Below are positions 22,344 through 31,959 of a stretch of 64,000 nucleotides of DNA, piece by piece; position 1 is the first letter of the stretch, and every line of letters starts with the position of its first letter. A program made the position numbers and the translations under genes. Source of the DNA: a virus; the IMG/VR virus record IMGVR_UViG_3300036791_000458, positions 12,525-76,524 of that record; one strand, written 5' to 3'. The notes beneath the pieces were generated by a model. The model ran no database searches and was not told the origin of the DNA. It was given only the letters and a program-made list of their open reading frames with translations.

Positions 22344-24347
22344 CTATTCTTCTTCTTCCTGACCGTCACTAAAAACCGGAACTAGAATGCACCTGCACGA
22401 TGGATGAGTATCTTCGATTGGAATCGGTGCTTCAGAAAAGTCATATGGATTGTCATCCTCAAAGTCCAAGCAAACTTCACAAACGTCAACCTCGTTGGTA
22501 GTCAAAAAATTTAGCTTAGCTATGTTTCCAGCTTCTTGCCACGCGAGAAAATTTGACTGTACCTGAGCGTTACCTATTTCGGTTCTCGCGATATTTGCTG
22601 CTCGTTCCTCTGAGAAGGTTCCCGCGTCCTGAATCGCCTGAGTCACATCCTGTATCGATGTAGGCTCAGAGAATGCGTCGGTAATAATCCGGTTGATGTC
22701 TGACCGCGTAGTGTCTGAGATAACCCACTTTGCATTAGGATTATCTACTAGCTCACCGTCTACCCATTTCTTTCCGACCATCTCTGCGGCTCTGTCTTGC
22801 GCGAACTGTTGGGACGCTTGATCCGCTGACGCTATCACGTCATTGTCTGTGATATTCAATTCAGTTATGCCTTTGTCTGCGCCAACGCTCGTAGCACTCT
22901 CTAAAGCATCTTGCGCGTCTTTTACTTCTTGGACTCCAGACTCAGAAATTATTGCGTCTTCTTCCGTCTCTCCCACTTCCGCTAAAGTCTCACGAAGCGC
23001 GTCAGCGTTATCTTCCGCTTGTGTCAATAGTTCGAGTAGTTGATCATCGGTGAGAGGTGTTTGTGAAGTCGCCTGAGATACTAAACCATCTTGAAGCGGA
23101 GAAGGTAGCGCGTTATATCTATCTCCTGCGAGATTGAGTAGTCTCTGAACTACAGATGCTTGCATAGATGGTTCGTCTGCCTTGAATATTTTGCGCGTCT
23201 TTTTCACCCTGAGAGGTTTCAGTCTATCAATATGCTTACGAATGATGGAAAGAATTCTACCTTTTTGTTTCGCAAAGGCAGAAGAAACAGTATCTTGTAG
23301 CTTAGTCTGCGCGTCCGATAGCTGAGGATGCTTGTAGTCGGGATCAATCTTGATCTTATGTGCCTTTGCAATCGCGACTTTCCTTGCGCGGTCACTGATT
23401 TTGATCTTCCTGATAGCGACTAACTTCACACGAGAAGGAACTATCTTGCGTATAGTCAAACCCTTGACAGGTACATCTGCATCCACTTGCAGTTCATGTA
23501 AGAAGTCGCGACTCACTCTATCGCGAATTAGTGCCTTGTCTGGTATGTTCAATGAAGGGATTGCAAGAATCTGTATTTTTTCAGGAGTAGTACCGCGAAA
23601 GTCTTTTAAGCTGCCAAATATGATAGTGTTTTGACCGCCACCCGCAGAATCTCTTCCCCACAAATAGGTGTTGTAGGAATCTTTGAGCACTGAGTCACGG
23701 TGTTCCGGAGTATCTTTGCCAACACTCATATTAACTTCGTAGTTTCTCCGGGCATTGTCTAACGCGCCATTTAAGGCACCAGCAGATAAACCACTACGTA
23801 GCTCATCTTCTCTCGCAAATTTCTCTATGGTAGAAAAATCTGGGTTATGAGCAAGTTCCGTCATCTGTTGGATGTCACGCTGAATGTCCCGAGCATCATT
23901 TATGTTCGTAGTGAAGCTAACTGCTTTTGCCTGTCCCGAACTACCCAACCCGCCTTTATTGTCACTTGAACCTGCCTGCAATAAACCGGACTGTTGTATA
24001 TCATCGCCATGAGAAGTCACGTGGTATAGTTCCGGGTACTTCACAACTGCTTCATCTTTGGACAAGGGGATGCCCTTAACTACAGAACCTTCCCCTTGTC
24101 CCGCTCGCCCAATCCACGTGTTATACGTTTCCCCCCACGACTTATTCTCTTTGATGTCGTCTTTGGTTGCATAGACCTTTGGTTCATCTGATTCTGAAAA
24201 GCGACCATGATCATCACGTGACTGATCTTCGGAGTATTTTTTGACTGGGCGAGTAAGCTTAGTAGGTTTAGTGCGCGAAGATAAAGTAGGCAGACTTTCA
24301 TCTGGTGGTGTCCAACTTCTAGCTATCAGTCTAGTTAAGTCTGCCAT
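22344..24347 (-). CDS. phage head morphogenesis protein (MuF/SPP1 gp7-like) with N-terminal ART-like cargo
   Basis: C-terminal RAANIARTE...C.VC...HPSCRC MuF signature. N-terminal KYSEDQSR motif is followed by an LYHVT...VSFTT domain. Start is at the TAATG overlap (24347). Confidence 0.85.
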   Translation of the reverse strand: MADLTRLIARSWTPPDESLPTLSSRTKPTKLTRPVKKYSEDQSRDDHGRFSESDEPKVYATKDDIKENKSWGETYNTWIGRAGQGEGSVVKGIPLSKDEAVVKYPELYHVTSHGDDIQQSGLLQAGSSDNKGGLGSSGQAKAVSFTTNINDARDIQRDIQQMTELAHNPDFSTIEKFAREDELRSGLSAGALNGALDNARRNYEVNMSVGKDTPEHRDSVLKDSYNTYLWGRDSAGGGQNTIIFGSLKDFRGTTPEKIQILAIPSLNIPDKALIRDRVSRDFLHELQVDADVPVKGLTIRKIVPSRVKLVAIRKIKISDRARKVAIAKAHKIKIDPDYKHPQLSDAQTKLQDTVSSAFAKQKGRILSIIRKHIDRLKPLRVKKTRKIFKADEPSMQASVVQRLLNLAGDRYNALPSPLQDGLVSQATSQTPLTDDQLLELLTQAEDNADALRETLAEVGETEEDAIISESGVQEVKDAQDALESATSVGADKGITELNITDNDVIASADQASQQFAQDRAAEMVGKKWVDGELVDNPNAKWVISDTTRSDINRIITDAFSEPTSIQDVTQAIQDAGTFSEERAANIARTEIGNAQVQSNFLAWQEAGNIAKLNFLTTNEVDVCEVCLDFEDDNPYDFSEAPIPIEDTHPSCRCILVPVFSDGQEEEE

Positions 24348-27300
24348 TAACTTTTCTTCCAAGTTTTTGTACTGGTATCGTAGTATCCAATTGGTTTGAG
24401 CGTAACTACCGTGGTAGGAATATCAGCTACGTGGAAATATGGATTCGGAACCTGACGAGTGCCCGTTACTTCATATTCTCCCGAGACTATCGCTTCTGAC
24501 CATTTGTAGCCAAACTCTTGCGCGTCTTCCTTTGACCACGGATTGTACCCGGACATTCTGGTGCCTTTCGGAAATTCGAAAACCGTTGGAATACCTTTCT
24601 GATTCTCCGGATCGTGATACGCGTATATTTGAACTTCTCCCACATCACCGCCACTTGTCGCAGTCAAAGGAAGTTTGAATGTATCTCCAACCTTCCATTG
24701 AATCTTTGCACCGTCATCAAACGCGTGAAATAGTTTCTCGTTCGAACCACCATGATCATTCGAAATATTATCTAACATCAAACCTACATCTTTTTTCTCC
24801 GGGTCACTTGCGAGTCCATCATACTTGAATCCGGGAATACCCATTTCCTGCGCGGAATACCCGGACATCCGGAAACTAGTTCCATGAGACGAACCCCAGT
24901 ACCCGCGCCCTACACGCGTGTGTGTATCTGCATCGTAGTCTTCTGCGGTGTATCCTGAACCGGATGACGATGTGAATTGACCACCACCCGGTTCACCTGC
25001 CGCGACTCGCGCTTGATCTTCTGAGTACTTATTGATTGGCGGTTGCGGAATGAAGAGGTCACCTTTAAAAACAATTTGATCGGTGAACTTGTTCTTGCAG
25101 TATTCAAGTGTCTTTTCGTCGTTCAAGTACTTTTTGAATGCAGCTAAATGTCTTCCCTTCGGAGCATAGGCCATGAATACGATGTCCGGCTCGCCATGAT
25201 TAAATTCTTTAAAGGCAGTCTTGTTCCAATCGTGAGGCGCGTAGGTATCATCCCATTTTGAACGACTAGTCTCTACGAATCCTGCCTTCGCATACAACTT
25301 GGGAAGCACAGTGTCAAAGCAATCTAGTTTGTTGCCACCATTCTGAACTGCTAAACTAAGCGCGGAATAGGCGACGCCTTTATTCCCGGAACCGGGAGTA
25401 TTGAAAAGCGATACAATATCACCGTCATCTTTGATCGCAACTCCGCCCTTACCATTCTCGGTAACAAACAATCGCATGTGCTCGTAGTCTTCTGGTGGAT
25501 AGACGTATACAGAAGCACTAGCTGGATTCACAGCCTTAGATGCTTGAATAGCTGCGGTGAAAGCTACGGCCCGGTTATCTCCTTGTAGTTCAAGGTAATT
25601 GGTTGGCGTTATACCCTTCGAAGAAAAGTCTTCATGTGCTTGTTTATTAGTTTCCCAAGGAATCGCGGCAACGTTCTGTCCTGCTACATTTACAGTCCGA
25701 ATCCCTCTAACATTTCGTCCGTAAGCGTTGGATATTCCTTCTTCACTTCCGCTTTTATCTCTTCCAGTGTCTGCTCCGGAAGCGCGGGTGTCTTCGGTTG
25801 TGGATTGTCCGGCACTTGTTCCCCCTTCTGCTTCGAATCTTCCATGATAGTCACGTGCTTGGTCTTCTGAGTATTTCTTGACTGCGGTGCCAAGTTTAAT
25901 TACTTCGCTCGTACCATCTGCTTTAGTAATCGTAAGAGAATCGATGAATACAGTTTGACCTGATAGAATCTGGTTGCCAACTAATTTTAAACTACCGCAA
26001 TCAGGTTTCACGTAGGCGATAGTCATGTGAGGATGGAAATCAAACGTTGCAGGTTTAAAGTCTGCGTAGTCTGCGACTTCCTGATTGATCTGCTCAAGTG
26101 GAGTTAAATCTTTTTCTAAGTCATCGCGCTTCTTCTTTTTCCCGTCTGTTTCAAGATTGTATGTGTTCAATCCTGTCTCGGTTGTTATACCGGAAGTAGT
26201 TGCGTCCTTGATCATGGCAGGTTCTTCGGCTGTCGCGAACGCTTTTTCTTTGAACTCTTCCATCGGCATAACGTCCATCGACTGGAAGAAGTCAGGACTT
26301 GTGTAGTTATCCAAAAATGCTTTCTTTGCATCGGCTGCGGAGTCCCAACCGAGCATGACCTTGTCTTCGTCGTAGTCCCCAGTAGAAGGCTCCTTAGTAT
26401 GAATAACATAAGCGAAAGCCGCGTCTTTACTTGGGCCAATAAAGCAGTCAACATGGTCACCGTCTACACCTTCTGTACCCCGAATGTACCCGTAAGGGTA
26501 CGTCATCGTTATAGACCAATGCTTACCGTCTTTACCGACACCTTCTCTAGTCGAACCCTTATCGGTTTCGATGGATATTTTCATCCCTTGGAAGTCAAGA
26601 CGATCTTCTAATGGACGTTGTTTCTTAAGTTTTATTATGCTATGAGACGCGCCTGAGGCAAGCCACCTATCCGCGTTTTCTGATGCATCATCTCCCCGGA
26701 AGTTCCCGCGAATGACACCTTGCTGTAAAGACCGCTCACTGATAATAGTCGCTGTACTACTCTTAGGCCATAGCTCAATGATGATATGCTTACTTGTTAC
26801 ATGAGCTAGACCATCTCTCATGTGTTCTATGGTGCGCGGATCATCTTTCGCTCCTTGCATTCCTGCGATACCGTTCTCAGAAGTCACACGAATGTTGCCG
26901 TTATCTATCGCGTAGCCGACTATGTTTGAAGTCTCACCCGCGTTAACTGCAACTCTTCGAGATTGAGTACTGTCCAACAAACCATTCTGTAGAGCAGAAC
27001 GAGCATGGAATCCACCATTGTCCCGGTTAACGATAAACTCCCCGTCTTTGGTTATCCACCCTTCTGGCAGGATACCAATACTCGATAGTTTGACTGTGCC
27101 TTTTTCGCCGTGGCCTTCTTCTCCCGGATAGAACCCAGCAGGAGTTTCATCTTCACTCGCAAATCTTCCGTGGTCATCTCTTGCTTGGTCTTCCGAGTAC
27201 TTGAAAACTTTGTTAGTCTTTGGCGCACGAATCATGTAAGCATACTTACCATTATCACGACGATCAACTTCAAATCCAAATCCTCTGTAGAAATTTTCAA

Positions 27301-29971
27301 GCTGAGCCTTCTTAGGAGTAAAACCTTCGTTAGCACCTTGTCCGGGTAAAGGACGTGCCCATAGACTGACATATATCCCATGTTTATCTGCTAGCTCAGT
27401 TACTCTATCCATCGCGGCTCTACCCGAACCACGCTCTTGAGCAGTCAACCAATGAATCTCCACTCCGGGTTTACTGGAGCTATACAAGTTATGAATATCT
27501 AACCCCGCTTGTCCTTTCGGTGTATCAAGATACATCCACGAGGTACTAGGACTCAACTTAAGCTCTTTTACATCCAACTCTTTTTCAAAGGCATCAACGT
27601 CACCTTTAGGTGTAGATGTCTCACCACCACTTGTAAACCTGCCATGGTCATCTCTTGCTTGATCTTCTGAGTATTTTTTGATCTTCTTGATTCCGGGATT
27701 CCGCTCAAACATAGACGGAAGATAGCTTGTGACGTTAGGATGTAAAGCACCAGCGGGTGGTTCTGTGCCTTCGCGGAGTGCATTACGAATTGCAGTTGAA
27801 CTAAACCCACCCGTTGTGGGACGGGGGGCATTGAAGTAATAGTGCCCTTCATGACTCGTTCCCTTGTCACCGGAATAGATCGCTGGTGCCTTGGGTGGAT
27901 TCGCACCCGGTGCTGAATCTTCTCCCGTGATAGTGACTATGGAAGTGTCTGGGTATTTCGATTGCAGGAAGTCTGCGGTATGTGTCCGCTTCAGTTTTCC
28001 TTCTATCTTGTCTGCCGCCTCCGATGGTTCCCCAGTCACTGTGACGTTTGGATGATTGACCGTATCCGAAGTAAATGTACGACGAGCGAGTTCAACACGT
28101 TCATTCAGCGGATATGCTTTATCGCCCAGCTTCTTATCCACTAGTCTTTGTGGCGCGGGAACTACAACCACATTTTTGACATCATAGCCATTGTCTTTCA
28201 TATGATTGAGCGCGTCGGTAACCGCTTGAACGTGTCCCATGTGAGGCGGATTGAAAGTACCACTGAATACTAGCGTGACTGGTTTGTCTGTCGATGGCGC
28301 GTCTTCACTCTCAAACCTACCATGATAATCTCGTGCTTGGTCTTCTGAGTATTTAGTGAGATTAGGCGAACTAGAACCAATCTCAACTACCAATGGGCAT
28401 GCCCAGTCTGAATTCTTCGATGGAGAAAAAGCAGTGATTCTTCCAGTAGTCACTTCGAATGGTTCAATCGACGCGAGATAGTCTCGCAAATCAGATATGT
28501 CAGCACCGGGTAGAATTCCATAGCGAACTGTGATATGTGGTTCGTCTTCTTTCCCCTCACCCATTACGTCGCTATCCGGAATCAAGTCCTGAATCGTTCG
28601 CAGTCCAAGTGCTACATTTGAATCTTGAGGAATGATCACCTGAACAAGTCCATAAGAGTGTGTTACCTCTCCGGTAACAGGATCAACCGACTTGGAAACT
28701 TTGCCTTCTTTGTCGCCTTTGTCTTTTTTGTTTTTTTCTTCTTTCAGTCGCTGTCTTTCCTTTTCGATATAACGCTTTAAGTCCTCTACGTCTTCCGGTT
28801 CAGAGAATATATCGTGCTCGTCTCTGTACTTGTACTTCTTATCATCAGTCGCTTTCTTCATCCCCGATGTCTTTTTGACGAACTCATCCCATAGCTTCTG
28901 ATCATGAATAGTCTCTTTGCCATTTTCTTTGGTGTAGACTAAAGTCCGGGGACGATTGATATTGCTATATAGAGTCGCGCCACTGACTTCATTCATGTCT
29001 TTCAGTCTCATGAAGTTTTCCGCGGCACCTTGATTGCTCGATCTGACTAATTCGAGCGGAACGAGACGACCATAATCCTCATCTTTGGGATTCGCTGCTC
29101 TACTAAACATCCTTTCAATAGCAGTATCTACCGGAATATCAACGTAGGCGACATTGACTTTGTATCCTTCACCATTGAGATTCTTCACCATCGCTAGAGT
29201 AGTAGGTTTTGAACCCACTCCGTTGTAGATCAAATCTAGGTTCCGAGCAACTGAGCGTCCAAGTAAATCTTTGGACACGACTTTAGCTTCATCATACAAA
29301 CGTGGTGCTGCGTTCTGAGGATCAACCATCCTGAGCTTTTCCCACTCTGGCAGTTGCTTTATCACGTTATCAGAATCGATGTGAACTACATTCGGGTTTT
29401 TGCTCATCTCTCTAAACAAACTAGACTTGCCCGATGCAGTTCCACCACCTAAAATCGTCGCGACTGGCGGATCGCTTATAGGTACTTTTCCGGTCAAGTC
29501 GCTATTGATTATCTTTTCATGAAACTCTGCGCGAGATGGAACCCAACCCGATTCTTTCTTGTAGGTTTCCTTGGTAGTTTTATCTGATTTTGCGTCGAAT
29601 CCTTCTCCACTCTCACCACCTGCGAACTGTCCACCTTCTGGTGAACCCGCTGGAACCCTTGCTTGGTCTTCTGAGTATTTTTCAAAGAAGACTATCGCCT
29701 TACCAAACTTTTCTACCGCGTGAGTAGTTACAATACGCGCTCGTAGATATGAACCATTGAACACACTGGGTAGTGCTCGGAACCATTTCTCCGGAGTACC
29801 TTTCGCAGTTAGACTCTGGCCTTTGAACTTGATAGGATCATTCAAAAGGTTCGCCATCAAAACATGATAGTCCGGAGCGACGTTATCTGTTGAAACCTCT
29901 CCACCGTCCAGCAGAACTTTACCCGCGAGTAACTGGGCGTTGGGTTTAGTCACCAAGATTTCACAAGTCAT
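24347..29971 (-). CDS. giant polyvalent head-associated protein (zeta-like kinase, split 2H phosphoesterase, NadD-like, two GNAT-like, inorganic pyrophosphatase-like, ART-like)
   Basis: GGGTASGKS P-loop; HITV and HMTI 2H motifs; GTFNPPHMGH HIGH motif; GSGRAAM..LENFYRGFGF; YGYIRGTEGVDGDHVD..DEDKVMLG; six KYSEDQAR motifs. Start is at the TAATG overlap (29971). Confidence 0.85.
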   Translation of the reverse strand: MTCEILVTKPNAQLLAGKVLLDGGEVSTDNVAPDYHVLMANLLNDPIKFKGQSLTAKGTPEKWFRALPSVFNGSYLRARIVTTHAVEKFGKAIVFFEKYSEDQARVPAGSPEGGQFAGGESGEGFDAKSDKTTKETYKKESGWVPSRAEFHEKIINSDLTGKVPISDPPVATILGGGTASGKSSLFREMSKNPNVVHIDSDNVIKQLPEWEKLRMVDPQNAAPRLYDEAKVVSKDLLGRSVARNLDLIYNGVGSKPTTLAMVKNLNGEGYKVNVAYVDIPVDTAIERMFSRAANPKDEDYGRLVPLELVRSSNQGAAENFMRLKDMNEVSGATLYSNINRPRTLVYTKENGKETIHDQKLWDEFVKKTSGMKKATDDKKYKYRDEHDIFSEPEDVEDLKRYIEKERQRLKEEKNKKDKGDKEGKVSKSVDPVTGEVTHSYGLVQVIIPQDSNVALGLRTIQDLIPDSDVMGEGKEDEPHITVRYGILPGADISDLRDYLASIEPFEVTTGRITAFSPSKNSDWACPLVVEIGSSSPNLTKYSEDQARDYHGRFESEDAPSTDKPVTLVFSGTFNPPHMGHVQAVTDALNHMKDNGYDVKNVVVVPAPQRLVDKKLGDKAYPLNERVELARRTFTSDTVNHPNVTVTGEPSEAADKIEGKLKRTHTADFLQSKYPDTSIVTITGEDSAPGANPPKAPAIYSGDKGTSHEGHYYFNAPRPTTGGFSSTAIRNALREGTEPPAGALHPNVTSYLPSMFERNPGIKKIKKYSEDQARDDHGRFTSGGETSTPKGDVDAFEKELDVKELKLSPSTSWMYLDTPKGQAGLDIHNLYSSSKPGVEIHWLTAQERGSGRAAMDRVTELADKHGIYVSLWARPLPGQGANEGFTPKKAQLENFYRGFGFEVDRRDNGKYAYMIRAPKTNKVFKYSEDQARDDHGRFASEDETPAGFYPGEEGHGEKGTVKLSSIGILPEGWITKDGEFIVNRDNGGFHARSALQNGLLDSTQSRRVAVNAGETSNIVGYAIDNGNIRVTSENGIAGMQGAKDDPRTIEHMRDGLAHVTSKHIIIELWPKSSTATIISERSLQQGVIRGNFRGDDASENADRWLASGASHSIIKLKKQRPLEDRLDFQGMKISIETDKGSTREGVGKDGKHWSITMTYPYGYIRGTEGVDGDHVDCFIGPSKDAAFAYVIHTKEPSTGDYDEDKVMLGWDSAADAKKAFLDNYTSPDFFQSMDVMPMEEFKEKAFATAEEPAMIKDATTSGITTETGLNTYNLETDGKKKKRDDLEKDLTPLEQINQEVADYADFKPATFDFHPHMTIAYVKPDCGSLKLVGNQILSGQTVFIDSLTITKADGTSEVIKLGTAVKKYSEDQARDYHGRFEAEGGTSAGQSTTEDTRASGADTGRDKSGSEEGISNAYGRNVRGIRTVNVAGQNVAAIPWETNKQAHEDFSSKGITPTNYLELQGDNRAVAFTAAIQASKAVNPASASVYVYPPEDYEHMRLFVTENGKGGVAIKDDGDIVSLFNTPGSGNKGVAYSALSLAVQNGGNKLDCFDTVLPKLYAKAGFVETSRSKWDDTYAPHDWNKTAFKEFNHGEPDIVFMAYAPKGRHLAAFKKYLNDEKTLEYCKNKFTDQIVFKGDLFIPQPPINKYSEDQARVAAGEPGGGQFTSSSGSGYTAEDYDADTHTRVGRGYWGSSHGTSFRMSGYSAQEMGIPGFKYDGLASDPEKKDVGLMLDNISNDHGGSNEKLFHAFDDGAKIQWKVGDTFKLPLTATSGGDVGEVQIYAYHDPENQKGIPTVFEFPKGTRMSGYNPWSKEDAQEFGYKWSEAIVSGEYEVTGTRQVPNPYFHVADIPTTVVTLKPIGYYDTSTKTWKKS

Positions 29972-31959
29972 TAACGCCATGTGTGTGCTAGCTTTTCCCA
30001 CTTATCGGTGTTCGCAAGTGTAAGAATTCTGTCTTCTACTCCCGCAATAGATTTTTCCGGTAGTCCAACTGCTCTTAGTCTTTCCTGAATCTTTGGCCAT
30101 GCTTCCTGATAGGGTTCTGCGAAGTCTGCGGGAACGAATTTCTGAGCGCGGGGAGAATCGAAACGTTCGAATGCTTCATCAATGAACATTCCATTGCCAC
30201 CCGAATCATACGGCAATCTATCGGGAAACGATAAACCATGATCGATCAGCTTTAGTTTTCCATTGTCAGAAACTATCCAATTACCATTATGGCGATCTTC
30301 GTTACCGATGACGTAGTCAAAAGCCGCCGCTCTCGCTAAGTCTTCATTACCATCATATGCTTTGACATCCGGAAGACTTCTTGCAACCTCACCATTCTGC
30401 CAATCGAGCACTACACCTTTCTCGCCATCAATAGTACGAATAGTAGCGGGAGCAACCATATCTGTCATACCTGCGGCTTTCGCGACTTCCCATGCGCCCG
30501 CCTCACGTGCTGACTGCTTACCGTCTGTAATCGCGTAACGCATTCCTTTCGCTTCACCACTGTCTGGTTTGAATACGCCCTTGGTGCCATCGTCAAAGTA
30601 GACCACACGAGTATCACTGACACCGCCACCTAATTTCGACATACCTTCAATTGGAGTAGACACTAGATGCTTGTCATAGTCTTCGGGAGTCGCGCCTACA
30701 AACGGTTTTGCTGCGTGTTCTAGGTCAGCGTCAGAACGAACAACAGGCATGAATTCGAGATTAACATCACCCCAAGATTCGCCTCCCCCGCTCACAAATT
30801 GTCCACCACCCGGACTACCTGCTGGTACTCGTGCTTGATCTTCGGAATACTTGACTAGTTCAATTAACTTCGCCTTTGTCACCCGACCTACATACTTGAC
30901 TGCTTTTCCACTATAAGTTCGCCATTCACCTAAACCACCCGCTGACAGACTGACACCCATAGCACCGGGTACTTTTTTGAACTCCAAGAGTTGAATCTGA
31001 TCTTTGGGAGTCGATGCGAATGCCTTTAGGTCTGAGGAAAAGAAAAGTGGATTGAGTCTGCCACCCGCGTCTTCTCTCACTGCGGAAAACGTTTTGTAGA
31101 AGTCGAATGTGCGATTACGTAATTCATCTGCGCTCATTGGGCGTTCGAACGTATTGTAGCGCATCTTATCATCGCCGCCCATCCAACTGTAACTGTCTGA
31201 GCGCGGAGTCCAACCGGGCATGTCTTCTTCTGTCGCGCCACCAAACTTAGATGGACTCAACTCCTTACCATGAATCAAAGCGTCTAAACCCATTGGATAT
31301 GGATCACCCGGATTCCAGTTAGGACTAGGCGCGACCTCAGAACTACCCCAACGAATCACATTCGTTAGATATGGACTGGGCGCGCCTTCACCTTTTGTAG
31401 CTTGATCTAACATATCTTGAACGGAGATTTTCCCATTCGCGACATCATGTGCTTCTAACATCGCGTCCCGAATATCGCCACCAATTTTTGGATCAGCAGC
31501 AAAACTTATGCTCTTGTCATCACCACCACCTAATCCGGTTCCTTGTCCCATGTTTAGTTCGAAGCGAGACTTTAGTCCATTCGCGATTACAGCATCTGCG
31601 GCAGTAGTAACGTGATACAAAGGCACATCAGGAAGTGGTTGAAAAACTTTCCCGGATACATTGAGACCTGCACCACGCGCCTCTGCCATTGCCGGGTCTA
31701 GTTTCCCTTCTGAAACTGCGGCAAGTGTTTTTTGTTCCCAGACTTGTTCTTTATCGCGCCTTTCCTGCCTCTGATCATCCGTCTCATCGGGTTTCCATCC
31801 ACCCGTGTATTGATCACGACTCATTGAAGCCGCGTCACCTTCACCAGAAAAGCGTCCATGATAGTCACGTGCTTGATCTTCTGAATATTTCTTTAGACCA
31901 TCATGCAGAATTACTGCGAACGGTATAGCTTTACTTCCGATGTTGGGAAACGAACTCAT
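29971..31959 (-). CDS. two-cargo head-associated protein: ART-like domain + PI3/PI4-kinase/HipA-like kinase
   Basis: LYHVT..ISF domain; GVFKP..E...REAGAW..FDYVIGNEDRHNGNW..LIDHGLSF kinase motifs; two KYSEDQAR motifs. Confidence 0.8.
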   Translation of the reverse strand: MSSFPNIGSKAIPFAVILHDGLKKYSEDQARDYHGRFSGEGDAASMSRDQYTGGWKPDETDDQRQERRDKEQVWEQKTLAAVSEGKLDPAMAEARGAGLNVSGKVFQPLPDVPLYHVTTAADAVIANGLKSRFELNMGQGTGLGGGDDKSISFAADPKIGGDIRDAMLEAHDVANGKISVQDMLDQATKGEGAPSPYLTNVIRWGSSEVAPSPNWNPGDPYPMGLDALIHGKELSPSKFGGATEEDMPGWTPRSDSYSWMGGDDKMRYNTFERPMSADELRNRTFDFYKTFSAVREDAGGRLNPLFFSSDLKAFASTPKDQIQLLEFKKVPGAMGVSLSAGGLGEWRTYSGKAVKYVGRVTKAKLIELVKYSEDQARVPAGSPGGGQFVSGGGESWGDVNLEFMPVVRSDADLEHAAKPFVGATPEDYDKHLVSTPIEGMSKLGGGVSDTRVVYFDDGTKGVFKPDSGEAKGMRYAITDGKQSAREAGAWEVAKAAGMTDMVAPATIRTIDGEKGVVLDWQNGEVARSLPDVKAYDGNEDLARAAAFDYVIGNEDRHNGNWIVSDNGKLKLIDHGLSFPDRLPYDSGGNGMFIDEAFERFDSPRAQKFVPADFAEPYQEAWPKIQERLRAVGLPEKSIAGVEDRILTLANTDKWEKLAHTWR

